Assembly (NCBI GenBank): GCA_965208245.1
Contig: OZ242325.1
Coordinates: forward strand, 1,493,878 to 1,557,877
Length of the DNA: 64,000 bases
Direction of reading: 5' to 3'
Origin: Candidatus Poribacteria bacterium
GTDB lineage: Bacteria > Poribacteria > WGA-4E > WGA-3G
How positions within the stretch are numbered: the first letter of the stretch is position 1; every line of letters starts with the position of its first letter. Of the stretch, positions 29,273-39,523 are shown piece after piece. The notes under the pieces are model-generated. The model was not told where the DNA came from and did not search any database. It worked only from the letters and a program-made list of their open reading frames with translations. The translations under genes were made by a program, and so were the position numbers.

Positions 29273-31063
29273 ATGAAGTTGACTTTTAAAATACTAATCC
29301 TCTCACTCTTGCTTCTTATTCCTCCCCATATAGACGCAGCACAAGAATACAAATTAGTAGGTGAATTTGGCGGAAAAGGTGAAGGAGAAGCACAATTTGC
29401 CAAAACCTTATCTATGGCATTCGGGGAAGATGGAGATATCTATATAACAGATACCGATAATTTCAGAATTCACAAATACACAGAAACAGGAAATTATGTT
29501 CTTCAGATACGGGTTGACGATGCCGCAGACTTCAGATTTATCAATCCTACGGCGATTACAATAGGTTCTGACAACGCTATCTATGTAATGGATTGGCTAT
29601 TGAAGCACATCACAGAAACTGATAATCCGAAAATATTCAACTACAGTCCGTGTGTGCATAAGTTTGATCCACAAGGGAAATTTATAGCATCCTATCCAAT
29701 ACAGGATTTAAGCAAGAGAGTAAATAACCTTGAAGTTGCCGCACCTGGATTGGATAGTGCAGGTAATTATGCACTCATTATTCCACATGGGGATACAAAA
29801 CGCGAATTCCTACTAGTAGTTGACACGAACGATAATCTTTATGTCTGTGATGATGGCATAATATACAAATTGGATGCTACCGGTAAACCGACGACGCATC
29901 TTGCTATCTCTCAACCCGGTGTTGGACAAGTTATACATCCTGCTGATATGACTGTGGACACGAACGGTAATCTATATATCGTTGATGAGAGTGCACATCG
30001 CGTCGTTCAGTACGGTTCAGATGGGAAGTTTATACGTACATTCGGTGCGTATGGCAATGGTGCTGGAGAGTTCATGAGTCCACATAGGATAGTCTCTCTG
30101 AAAGATGGATCTATTCTCGTTGCGGATAAAGCAAAATATATCAAGAATTTTCTGTCTACATTACCAAATAGACTTGATGATCCGATGCCACGTTATGACG
30201 GGTTTTCAAGATCCTTTCGCTATAGACTACGGAGAATCCAAAAATTCAATCAGGATGGAAGGTTTATACGGCAGATTCTCATACCTTTCCAAAAAGAAAA
30301 TGAAAAGGATGTAGACCTGAAACTCAAGGGTATAGACCCAAATGGTAACCTATACTATCTCAATACATCATACTTAACGTTTAGAAAATATGCCCCAACA
30401 AGATCCATATTTCCTTCCATGTTTCAGACAGAACTGAAGTTCCGTTTGACTCGCGATATACATGACATTGAGATAGATAATCAAGATGATCTTGATGCTG
30501 ATCTATACACAAGAGCAGATTTTGACGAACAAATCATCCAAGACGCTGTCAATGCAAATATTACCTTCTCTTATGATTTCAACGCGGATTATCAACTGGC
30601 ACTGTCAAATCGACTCATGCTTGTTCATCAGACTGACACGAGTTATTACCGCGCACAGGATTTTGAGGATTTCCGGGGCAGCTTCAATCAGGATGATAAA
30701 TCAACGGAGATCTCGTGGGATAACCGGATTCAGTTAGACCTTATATGGATACGAAACCATAGTGTCTACAACTATCGTGAAGCGCGGGCTTATGCTTATC
30801 TCAGCACAACAAACTTGGATTTCATCAACGACGCACTTGACCAGAGTAATTCTCGTTTCTTTGATTTCTCCGCAAAACTCTCTGATTGGGGTGGCGGACT
30901 CTATTATGACCTAAACCGAAAAATCAGATTGAACTTTGAAATCACACATTTTTTCGGTAAAAATACCTATACCTATATTGATGAAACAGACAATCTATAC
31001 GCTACTGGATTCCAACAAGCAGATACATTACGAATGGTTCTGTTCATCAATGGATTCTTTTAG
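29273..31063 (+). CDS. Secreted NHL-repeat beta-propeller fused to a C-terminal putative outer-membrane beta-barrel-like domain
   Basis: Signal peptide. NHL-like repeats (IYITD, IYVMD, LYVCDDG, LYIVDESAHRV, ILVADK). C-terminal 250 aa with alternating-hydrophobic pattern ending ...LFINGFF. Confidence 0.55.
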   Translation: MKLTFKILILSLLLLIPPHIDAAQEYKLVGEFGGKGEGEAQFAKTLSMAFGEDGDIYITDTDNFRIHKYTETGNYVLQIRVDDAADFRFINPTAITIGSDNAIYVMDWLLKHITETDNPKIFNYSPCVHKFDPQGKFIASYPIQDLSKRVNNLEVAAPGLDSAGNYALIIPHGDTKREFLLVVDTNDNLYVCDDGIIYKLDATGKPTTHLAISQPGVGQVIHPADMTVDTNGNLYIVDESAHRVVQYGSDGKFIRTFGAYGNGAGEFMSPHRIVSLKDGSILVADKAKYIKNFLSTLPNRLDDPMPRYDGFSRSFRYRLRRIQKFNQDGRFIRQILIPFQKENEKDVDLKLKGIDPNGNLYYLNTSYLTFRKYAPTRSIFPSMFQTELKFRLTRDIHDIEIDNQDDLDADLYTRADFDEQIIQDAVNANITFSYDFNADYQLALSNRLMLVHQTDTSYYRAQDFEDFRGSFNQDDKSTEISWDNRIQLDLIWIRNHSVYNYREARAYAYLSTTNLDFINDALDQSNSRFFDFSAKLSDWGGGLYYDLNRKIRLNFEITHFFGKNTYTYIDETDNLYATGFQQADTLRMVLFINGFF

Positions 31064-31532
31064 GAATACACTTATCATTTAAACCTTCTAGCTACTTACA
31101 AAAAGAGGAGAATCAACTATCAAGATATTATTATGTATCCAACTGATTTTCATGAGTGTTACCGTTTTCACATCATTTGCACAGGAAACTGAGGATACAG
31201 AAGAAGAGATATATAAACTTCCAACACAAAATGTAACAGCACAAAAGAGAGTGGAGTCACATATTTCGCAAGTTACGGACTGCCAAGAACATTCGGATCA
31301 AAACTCACTGTGGCATTTTGATATGTCTGATGCTGAAAAACCTATACAGACATTGTGTTCATAGAAAAAAAACTTGCATATTTACTGAAAATAACGTATC
31401 ATAATACGTAACACATAAACAATTAGAGGCCTGTATAGGTTTTTGACTGATGACTCATCACTCATCATATACAATCAGAAGCGAAATATTCGCTGAAAAG
31501 TGTTTACAAAAGATCGAAAGGGGTGAACAGTT

Positions 31533-32408
31533 GTGAAAAAACATTATTTTTCTATTCTCGTTATTACGGTTTTAGTATGTGCCGCTTGTTCCGTTGCCTT
31601 TGCTGGTGAAGGTCATGAACATTCTGGTGATAAGTTGAAGAATTTTATGAAACAACCACTAACGTTTTCGTTAGTGGTTGTCGCTTTAATCGTGTCATTT
31701 GTTTATGGCGGATTACATGCATTGACACCGGGACATGGAAAAGCAGTCGTTGCTGCCTATCTTGTCGGGACAAGAGGAAGGATTATTGATGCGGTTTTCC
31801 TTGGCATTGTCGTAACCTTCACACATACTTTCAGCGTCATCACAATTGGAGTCATATTGTTGCTAACAAAAAATCGTTTTGCTCAATCAGATATTGTGCT
31901 ATGGCTAAGTATTGTTTCTGGTGTGTTGATTGTTGGCATCGGTGCATGGCTACTTGTAAAAAACCTAAGGCAGTATTACAGTCGCAAATCGGATACACAC
32001 GATGATAGTCATAACCATGCACATTCACACAATCACAGTCATTCACATAGTCATGGACATGCACACACCCGCGTTCCCGCAGAAGGCACAGGTTTTTGGA
32101 GTCTACTCACATTGGGTATATCGGGTGGTATCGTACCATGTGTAGATGCCCTTATCGGACTTCTCTTTGCAATTACTATAGACAAATTGACATGGGGAGT
32201 GATTATCTTGTGTACATTTTCACTCGGCCTTGCAGCAGTGCTCGTTGCAATTGGAATCCTCATGGTGATGGCAAAACCAATACTTGATCGGTTTACAGGG
32301 GAAGGGGTCTGGCTTAAACGGCTACCTATTATTAGCGCAACTGTTGTGATCGTACTTGGGACAGTGTTGGTTTGCAAGGGACTGATCAGTGCCGGTATCC
32401 ATATCTAA
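31533..32408 (+). CDS. rcnA: RcnA/NicO-family Ni/Co efflux membrane protein with His-rich loop
   Basis: HALTPGHGKAV (compare E. coli RcnA HGLEPGHSKT), His-rich HDDSHNHAHSHNHSHSHSHGHAH, GGIVPCVDA (compare GGLIPCPAA). Confidence 0.75.
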   Translation: MKKHYFSILVITVLVCAACSVAFAGEGHEHSGDKLKNFMKQPLTFSLVVVALIVSFVYGGLHALTPGHGKAVVAAYLVGTRGRIIDAVFLGIVVTFTHTFSVITIGVILLLTKNRFAQSDIVLWLSIVSGVLIVGIGAWLLVKNLRQYYSRKSDTHDDSHNHAHSHNHSHSHSHGHAHTRVPAEGTGFWSLLTLGISGGIVPCVDALIGLLFAITIDKLTWGVIILCTFSLGLAAVLVAIGILMVMAKPILDRFTGEGVWLKRLPIISATVVIVLGTVLVCKGLISAGIHI

Positions 32409-32588
32409 ATGTGTTCTGAACTATCGGTCAGGAAAAATAAGAACTATAATGTCTATGCCGCAACAACTATTATTGGACTGCCACCACGAAGACACCGGGG
32501 ACAACACGTTTTTATGCATCTGGACCAAATCTAGACGCATTCTCGACATTGAACAATTTTGGGTTAGATGTGCGTCCACTCGGAGCAA

Positions 32589-33467
32589 TCAGTGTTCTTG
32601 TTCTTCGTCTTCAGCAGGTTCTTCTTCTTTGTGAAACGGTTCTGACAACCACTTTTCAAAAACTGCTGGATCCGCAAAGAATGACCGCATCAACGCAAAC
32701 TCAACCGGTGTGGCAATTGCACACCGCAGATATCCTTCCTGAAATCCGTAACTTTGCACACGACTGTACCATGCATAGTGAAATACTTCGTTGTCTTCTA
32801 TAATAAAATTTGAAATTAACCCCATTTTAACAATATTGGATGTAACACCTTCAAACCCTGCGTTTTCCATTAAGGGATTCACCAAATGTGTTTGCAGAAG
32901 TTCGTCAAATTCCTTTCTGTCAGTCAGTATGCTTTTTCCTGTTCTACTCCAATCCCGCATAATATAGTAATAGTCTGTCCATACTTCCAACTGTTCAGGT
33001 TCTACCACTGTATCAATTAGAATTCTAAGTCTTGAATTGACAACGTCCCTATGCTTTGCAATCGGCATAGCGGCAAGATAGGTTGGATAATCCTGATATG
33101 TTTGATCAGCAGCATGTGCGTTTATGAATGAAAGGTAAGGACTACTTGACAGAACCATTTCTAAATTCTCTCCGTTTTGACTATTAGAAGTCTCTCCAGC
33201 AATTTCAATAAGTTGTTTTAACAGTAGTTTCTGATCATTAATTAGCGGTTTATTGGCAAACTGTCTCAATTCACTTTTATAGTTGCTATGTTTTCTGATC
33301 ATCTGCTGCGCTTCTTCAAACGCGTTTATAAACCAAGGCACAGCGATAATCATGACGATAACGAGAAGCAAGACTCCTATTCCAGTAAGTATTAAACAAG
33401 TCGGTTTTTTCATCAGATGCTCCTTTCTGTTTTTCTCTATCGTAGCATCTTTTGAGAGTGTTTGCAA
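32589..33467 (-). CDS. Hypothetical membrane-anchored protein
   Basis: Single N-terminal TM, 292 aa. Confidence 0.5.
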   Translation of the reverse strand: MQTLSKDATIEKNRKEHLMKKPTCLILTGIGVLLLVIVMIIAVPWFINAFEEAQQMIRKHSNYKSELRQFANKPLINDQKLLLKQLIEIAGETSNSQNGENLEMVLSSSPYLSFINAHAADQTYQDYPTYLAAMPIAKHRDVVNSRLRILIDTVVEPEQLEVWTDYYYIMRDWSRTGKSILTDRKEFDELLQTHLVNPLMENAGFEGVTSNIVKMGLISNFIIEDNEVFHYAWYSRVQSYGFQEGYLRCAIATPVEFALMRSFFADPAVFEKWLSEPFHKEEEPAEDEEQEH

Positions 33468-33590
33468 TCAGAATCAAATGAAACGACCTGACATCCATCT
33501 TGACACGTCATCACCGCTTTGCTATAATAGGTCATACCGCATATTCTGTATCTATTTAAGTTGTGCTAAATCAGGTAATTTTACTTACGA

Positions 33591-34814
33591 ATGCAAAAAT
33601 CGAGACTTCTTCTTCTGTTTTTAACCCTCTTTTTCGTGATGCTTGGGTTTGGAATCATTATACCAAATCTTGCTTATTACGCAAAAGATATCGGGGCATC
33701 TCCCACCGAAATATCCATATTAATTTCTATCTATTCTGGTATGCATCTGATATTTGCACCACTATGGGGACGACTATCTGATAAACACGGCAGAAAACCA
33801 GCAATGCTGATCGGATTGTTCGGTAATGCATACGCGTTAGTCGGTTTTGGCTTAAGTACTGATTATATCTGGCTTTTCTTGACCCGTAGCGCAGCAGGGA
33901 TTGCTTCCGCTGCAGTGATACCGACCGTTATGGCGTATGTTGCAGATGTTACCACGTCAGAAGAACGCGGGCGCGGTATGGGTCTGATGGGTGCAGCAAT
34001 GGGACTCGGTTTCATCCTTGGACCCGCCATTGGTGGTGTGATGAGTCGACACGATATACCTTTCTTTGTTGCTGGTGCACTATCGCTCCTTACGTTTATT
34101 TTTGTCCTTACGACCTTACCTGAGTCGATCCAAAAAGAAACAGAATCTGAACATACATGGGTTTCACCTCGCGAACTATACCGCAAAACATCAATAAAAT
34201 CACCTCTAACCCCGTTGTTTCTTATCGCTTTTTTTTCTGCTTTCAGTTTTGCCGGTTTAGAGGCAACATTTCCACTGTTTATTGAAGATATGTGGATGTA
34301 TGGACAGAAGGAATTGGGACTTATGTTCATGATCATGGGGGTTGTTGTCGTGCCAATGCAAGGTGGATTACTCGGTAGGTTGATAAACACGTTTGGCGAA
34401 CGAAAAATAATAATTGCAGGTATGCTGCTGAATGTTTTAGGAATGGTGCTTTTTGTCAATGCCTTTTCCTTTCTTACACTCACGATATATCTCACCATCA
34501 CCGGCATCGGTTATCAATTAATCCGTCCTACAAATACGTCATGGATTTCTAAACAGACACATATCGGACAAGGCACAGCAATCGGGATTATGGATGCATT
34601 CTTGAGTTTGGGACGTGTCTTAGGCCCAATACTCAGCGGATGGCTTTATGAAAGGAGTTTGCATCCTCCCATTTTTAAGACATTCTTTAGTATCACACAT
34701 CTGGATGGGTTATATGGAAATGGTGCATTCTCTTATGTTGTTCTGGCTTATATCCTGTTAATCGCAGCTTGTTGTCTATATTTTCCTCTGCGTTATATTG
34801 AACAGAAAGCGTGA
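33591..34814 (+). CDS. MFS transporter (drug/H+ antiporter-like)
   Basis: GRLSDKHGRKPAML MFS signature, about 12 TMs. Confidence 0.85.
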   Translation: MQKSRLLLLFLTLFFVMLGFGIIIPNLAYYAKDIGASPTEISILISIYSGMHLIFAPLWGRLSDKHGRKPAMLIGLFGNAYALVGFGLSTDYIWLFLTRSAAGIASAAVIPTVMAYVADVTTSEERGRGMGLMGAAMGLGFILGPAIGGVMSRHDIPFFVAGALSLLTFIFVLTTLPESIQKETESEHTWVSPRELYRKTSIKSPLTPLFLIAFFSAFSFAGLEATFPLFIEDMWMYGQKELGLMFMIMGVVVVPMQGGLLGRLINTFGERKIIIAGMLLNVLGMVLFVNAFSFLTLTIYLTITGIGYQLIRPTNTSWISKQTHIGQGTAIGIMDAFLSLGRVLGPILSGWLYERSLHPPIFKTFFSITHLDGLYGNGAFSYVVLAYILLIAACCLYFPLRYIEQKA

Positions 34815-34840
34815 AAAACTGTCCGAGTATCTACATTCAA

Positions 34841-37800
34841 TCATTTACTCAGCATCGATGGCAGTTGATGTTTCACACGACGCGTGTTATATTTTAACCG
34901 ATAACGTTGATGTTCCTCGCCATCTGGGTAATGTTCATGACTCGGATATGGGTATGATGACATCCCATGAAAGGGTAATGGCTCAACCGTCTGAGAAGTA
35001 AGTGTATTGATGTCCCCATCCTTATCCCATCCATCGCTATAGAGGATAAAGTCACGCTGCCATCCAGTTTTTAGTGGGGGTAAACGCGATGCGTCAAACC
35101 CAACTGTTATCTCATCTCCAGCATTGAGGATAACATACATATCATCAACCGTCTGTAGTAAAGGTTTAACATCTCCATAGCGTGTGTAGTATCCAGCTAA
35201 GTCTCGCCATTGTGGCGTTGTTGTGAGTTTATGGTAGTCAAACAGATGGGGTGCATGCTCGTTTGGACGGGACATCTCAGAAAAACCGCGATAGTGAAGG
35301 TCCGCACTCTCCGGATTCAGTTCTGTTATTTTAATAGGAACATTCTGAGTGCCAACTGTGAAAAAGGCTGCATCCCAATAGATTTGCATATCTGTAGAAA
35401 TACGAACCTCTCGGTCCTCCGATAGAAAAATACCTGTCAGATCAACAGTTATAGTCTTGTTTTTACCTGCCGGAATTCCTATCCTGTCCTTCACAGGAGT
35501 CCAATCTCCTGCTGCATTCTTCACTGATACGGAAGGAAAACTCGGTATAAGTGATCGGTTTTGAGATAAAGCAACATTGATACTCGTGTCCGTTGGGAAT
35601 ATCCATCCGTTCAGATAGAGGGTTATCTGTTCATCATTCGGCACATCACCCAAGTCAAGAATGATTGAATGCGGTGATACGACACCTTGATATGGACCAG
35701 GAGTATGTTCAACAGCATAACGATAATCAGAAGTTTTGAGTGCATCAGACACATCATTGCCAAAATGATCAACTGCTGACTCCGGATACCGTTTTTCAGA
35801 CACCTTATATATCTTGAATTCTGAAAAAAGTGGTGGTATATACTGTTCGTTCACATAAATATCAGTATCTTCAGGATGGTCGACTGCAATGAGTTTGACC
35901 ATATCAAAATATGCAGTTTCCCATAGTTCCTCTGTAATCTGAACGGAATACTTACCCAATTTTGGTTTTATCTGTGATGCGGGGATTTTAACGAAATCTT
36001 TGGTCTCATCCGGTGCAACAAACCCCATAGCAGTTACCAGTCCAAGGGGTGCACGCCACAGTAGGTCAGTGACAAACTGATACTTTTCACCATCATACAC
36101 ATAGAGAAAAGGACATGATCCTTTCAATACCTGTTTCTCAAGTATCTTCTGTTTCGCTTTCGGTTCAATCACGTTCTGTGGGACACCATTCGTCCATACC
36201 ACCCTGATGACATCCGCGCTATCATAAGACCCTAAACCGAAATGTGAAGTCTGTTCTGATGTATAACGCATTTGATAGAGATCGCTAACTTGGACTTCAA
36301 GTTTCGACCCGATACCGTTCCTATTGACTTTGTTGTTTCCTGTGGTGATACCTTCTAACTGTATCTTGATCCAGTTGTTTGTGTTGCCGCCGTTGTTTTG
36401 TAATGCTCGTATCTGTCCATTTCTGTTGTTGAAAAATAGGTCTATATCTCCATCATTGTCGTAATCGGCAATTGCCCCTGATATACACGCCTGCTTCTGG
36501 GTGCTTGTAACTAAAATTGAGCTCTTATCAATGAAACGACCTGTACCGTCATTACGATATAGGGATAACCCATCTAACGTGATAGACCATAAATCTAAAA
36601 ATCCATCATTGTCATAATCGAGACTTATTAACTTTGCTACATTGACAGGTCTTTTTTCTAATACTTGGGCGGATCGTTTGTCTACAACATAGGACCCGTC
36701 ACCCCTATTTCTATAGAGATGTATACCTATTTGGGATGCAAGCATTAAGTCAATATCCCCATCGTTGTCATAATCACCTATAGTAATGGCAGTGAAACGC
36801 ACATTTTGCGGGATTCCAGTTTCTTCAGATAACGTGTGCAGTTTGCCCTGTCTTAAATTGTCAAAGAATGTGCATCCGTTGTTACTATGAATGGCAATAA
36901 TATCAATATCCCCATCGTCATCAAAATCCGCTGCAAGTGCATCATCTATCACCATTTCTTTCTCTGTTTTATTATCAGTATTTGTTGCTATAAAGGTTCG
37001 ATCACTTACATCCACAAACGATCCATCACCGTTATTGCAATACATCTTAATACCTACGTGTTGTAAGAAGATGTCAAGATCTCCGTCATGGTCATAATCA
37101 ACCAGAAGAAGGAAGTTCCTTATAGGTCCATACTCCTGATGCTGGACTATTGGCGTTGCCTCCCAAGATTCGTCGTCGGTTGTTTTGAGAACCGTAATGC
37201 CGGTTGTTGAATGTAACAGAAACTCATGTTTCCCATCTTTGTTTAGATCCGCAAAGTAGGATGCATAAGGGTTAAGTGAAAATTGCTGTATGATTTCTTG
37301 ATAATGTAAGTCAGGTACAAACGCACCATCTGTATTATTGAATAGTGCTGGTGATTGCGTTGAGAATATATCAATATCACCATCGTTGTCGTAGTCAACG
37401 AAAGAAAAACGCTTATGTCCAACACGTCGATCCTGACTCGCTACCAATCCTATCTGATCAGAAGAATCTACAAATTCAATGTCTATAGGAATACTCTGTT
37501 TTGCGGTAAGTCTTGATTTTAGCCCTGGCGGAAATTTCTCGATCGGATGTCCGATAATATTGGTAACAAGTTCACCGATTCCTTGTTGATATCTTGGACT
37601 TGCGCGATGCACATTCTCAAAAATTTGAATGTTTCGTGAAGCTAATGTCTGGTGATTTTTCTTTATCGCATCTATCCCTTCCTTTAAGTATTTTAGTTTA
37701 TCTGTATCGGTGTCTTCCAAAAGGATGTTTAATTGCTGACATATCTTTCCTGCTGCACCGTACTGCTCTTGTCTGATGAGTACTTGAGACAACTTCATGA

Positions 37801-38350
37801 GTAGGACGATGTTGACAGGAGCGCGTGAGTGGAGTTCCTGTAGATGTATGAGTGCTGCCTTCTGTGCATCAGGGTCATTTCTTTGTCCGATGTAATGACG
37901 GACAAGTCTATACCGAAATTCTAAGTTATCTGGTGCTAATCGAATTGCCTCTTTCATCGCTTCTACTGCTTGGTCTACTTGTCCTTTCAGTAGATGGACT
38001 TCAGACAGTATAAAATGCAATTGACTCTCCATTGGCGTTACCGATATCCCCTCCTTAACCCACTCTTCAGCAATATCCACTTGTTGTAGACGTAGATGTG
38101 CAACTGCCAAGTTACCATACCCGATTGCTTCACCAGGCAGTAATGTGATGAGTTCTGTAAACGCTGGAATTGCTTTTGAAGGTTGTGATTCTTCCAGAAA
38201 CGCTAATCCTAAGTTTTGTTGCCGAATCGCTTCTTGGATTATGTTCTCGGTTTCTGTTTCCTGTGCAGAAACACACACTACAGTAACGAGTAAAAAGAGA
38301 ATACAAAGGCAGAGGACAGTGCTGTTTAGAGAGAAGGTGAGGAGAGTCAT
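34841..38350 (-). CDS. CRTAC1-family protein (N-terminal TPR, FG-GAP/VCBS repeats, ASPIC/UnbV domain) with a long C-terminal extension
   Basis: Repeated DYDNDGDIDIF/DFDDDGDIDII motifs. ASPIC-like VIRVVWTNGVPQNV. Confidence 0.75.
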   Translation of the reverse strand: MTLLTFSLNSTVLCLCILFLLVTVVCVSAQETETENIIQEAIRQQNLGLAFLEESQPSKAIPAFTELITLLPGEAIGYGNLAVAHLRLQQVDIAEEWVKEGISVTPMESQLHFILSEVHLLKGQVDQAVEAMKEAIRLAPDNLEFRYRLVRHYIGQRNDPDAQKAALIHLQELHSRAPVNIVLLMKLSQVLIRQEQYGAAGKICQQLNILLEDTDTDKLKYLKEGIDAIKKNHQTLASRNIQIFENVHRASPRYQQGIGELVTNIIGHPIEKFPPGLKSRLTAKQSIPIDIEFVDSSDQIGLVASQDRRVGHKRFSFVDYDNDGDIDIFSTQSPALFNNTDGAFVPDLHYQEIIQQFSLNPYASYFADLNKDGKHEFLLHSTTGITVLKTTDDESWEATPIVQHQEYGPIRNFLLLVDYDHDGDLDIFLQHVGIKMYCNNGDGSFVDVSDRTFIATNTDNKTEKEMVIDDALAADFDDDGDIDIIAIHSNNGCTFFDNLRQGKLHTLSEETGIPQNVRFTAITIGDYDNDGDIDLMLASQIGIHLYRNRGDGSYVVDKRSAQVLEKRPVNVAKLISLDYDNDGFLDLWSITLDGLSLYRNDGTGRFIDKSSILVTSTQKQACISGAIADYDNDGDIDLFFNNRNGQIRALQNNGGNTNNWIKIQLEGITTGNNKVNRNGIGSKLEVQVSDLYQMRYTSEQTSHFGLGSYDSADVIRVVWTNGVPQNVIEPKAKQKILEKQVLKGSCPFLYVYDGEKYQFVTDLLWRAPLGLVTAMGFVAPDETKDFVKIPASQIKPKLGKYSVQITEELWETAYFDMVKLIAVDHPEDTDIYVNEQYIPPLFSEFKIYKVSEKRYPESAVDHFGNDVSDALKTSDYRYAVEHTPGPYQGVVSPHSIILDLGDVPNDEQITLYLNGWIFPTDTSINVALSQNRSLIPSFPSVSVKNAAGDWTPVKDRIGIPAGKNKTITVDLTGIFLSEDREVRISTDMQIYWDAAFFTVGTQNVPIKITELNPESADLHYRGFSEMSRPNEHAPHLFDYHKLTTTPQWRDLAGYYTRYGDVKPLLQTVDDMYVILNAGDEITVGFDASRLPPLKTGWQRDFILYSDGWDKDGDINTLTSQTVEPLPFHGMSSYPYPSHEHYPDGEEHQRYRLKYNTRRVKHQLPSMLSK

Positions 38351-38353
38351 TAG

Positions 38354-38617
38354 TTATTCTGTTTCAGTTTTTTGGAAGGATGAAGCGGCATCTTGAATTG
38401 CTTTTCTTAATGATTTTAATCGTATCTCCAATGAATCTTCCAACTGTTTAAGGTGCAGTAACCATGAATCTTTGGATTCATCTTCATCAGTGCCAAATCC
38501 ATCGGTCATTTGCAGGCGTATGTATTTCAATCGTTCCGCTTGTAGTGTTTTCAACTGTTCATCATAAGATGCAATCCCGGTTTCCAAGAGTAGAGCAAGT
38601 TCTCGTATCTGTTCCAT
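38354..38617 (-). CDS. Small hypothetical coiled-coil protein
   Basis: 87 aa, 4 bp upstream of the CRTAC1-like gene. Confidence 0.4.
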   Translation of the reverse strand: MEQIRELALLLETGIASYDEQLKTLQAERLKYIRLQMTDGFGTDEDESKDSWLLHLKQLEDSLEIRLKSLRKAIQDAASSFQKTETE

Positions 38618-38690
38618 TTCATTCTCCTATGACTTCGTGTTGGGAAAGAAATTGTGAACGGTTTTGGAAACCGTTCACAATCAGCCCAAA

Positions 38691-39296
38691 TTAACGGGCA
38701 GCCTTGAGAGAACCCCATGTGGTAGTTACTTTACCTTGTGGTTGAACGGGAGTAGTTGGGAGCTCACCGACAATTTTTCTGAAATATACATCATCTTCAC
38801 CATCATTTGGACCTGCCCAGACCCAGTATGCGGTAGAATCGGGGTTATTGAGTGTTTCTCGCATTGTAGCAGCACCGAATCCCCATATACCTGACCCGAA
38901 TTGATCAAGTTGAGTTGCGTTTTCCCAACCACTGTCGTCAAAATCAATCGTTTCCCATCCATCATTTCTTTCAGCGAGTAGCGGTCCAGCATCTGCTTTC
39001 CATGTTTCATCCGATGGAATATAAGTTCCATCGTCAAGTATGACATCAAAGAGTGCGCCACCTTGTCCAGTTGCTCCGGGTTCAGTATCGTGAACATAGA
39101 CTCCGATGATAGCATAACCGTCAGGCATTTCAAATTCAGTTACAGTGGCGACCTGCCAATTGTCCCCTTCAGCCACTTGTTCACCATTGATGAATCCGAC
39201 CCAAGAGTTGTCTCCATTGATTCTAAGTTTTGCTGCCCATAGACTGGATGCAGTTAGACAGATGGCTATAAAAGTAAAAACAAAAAGTTTTTTCAT
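38691..39296 (-). CDS. Secreted hypothetical protein, paralogue A (putative beta-sandwich/lectin-like)
   Basis: Signal peptide. Shares motifs with 40794..41450: GDN.WV.F.NGE.VA..NWQV.TV..F....GYA...YVHD.EPGATG.GG...D.IL.D. Confidence 0.6.
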   Translation of the reverse strand: MKKLFVFTFIAICLTASSLWAAKLRINGDNSWVGFINGEQVAEGDNWQVATVTEFEMPDGYAIIGVYVHDTEPGATGQGGALFDVILDDGTYIPSDETWKADAGPLLAERNDGWETIDFDDSGWENATQLDQFGSGIWGFGAATMRETLNNPDSTAYWVWAGPNDGEDDVYFRKIVGELPTTPVQPQGKVTTTWGSLKAAR

Positions 39297-39384
39297 TGTA
39301 TTCTCCTTTTTTGTGTTAGTATTGTTTTAAATGACCCAAGTTGGCACAATGTACAAAATATGCATTACTAAGGTTTACGTTAAT

Positions 39385-39523
39385 AAATATCACTGAAACG
39401 AGTGATACTACCCACTACCTAAAGGTAAGGGGTTCGGTTTCTTAGGCGACTGCACTTCTATGAAGTGTCTCACATCGCCTCCACCAGCAGGCTCTTATTC
39501 CGAATCAGATCGGTTTTATCGTA
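39385..39523 (-). ncRNA. Candidate omegaRNA (right-end-derived guide RNA scaffold) of TnpB
   Basis: Immediately 3' of tnpB on the same strand. Multiple nested hairpins (GGCGA..CACTTC-ATA-GAAGTG..TCGCC; CTACC-TAAA-GGTAAG; TATCACT-CGTTTC-AGTGATA). The scaffold motif CCCACNNCCTWWAGG..GGGGTT is shared with the second tnpB locus (15846-15870). Confidence 0.4.

Noticed and set aside
38726-39133. 135-aa ORF overlapping paralogue A in another frame
   Set aside because: The other frame has a signal peptide and a paralogue supporting it.
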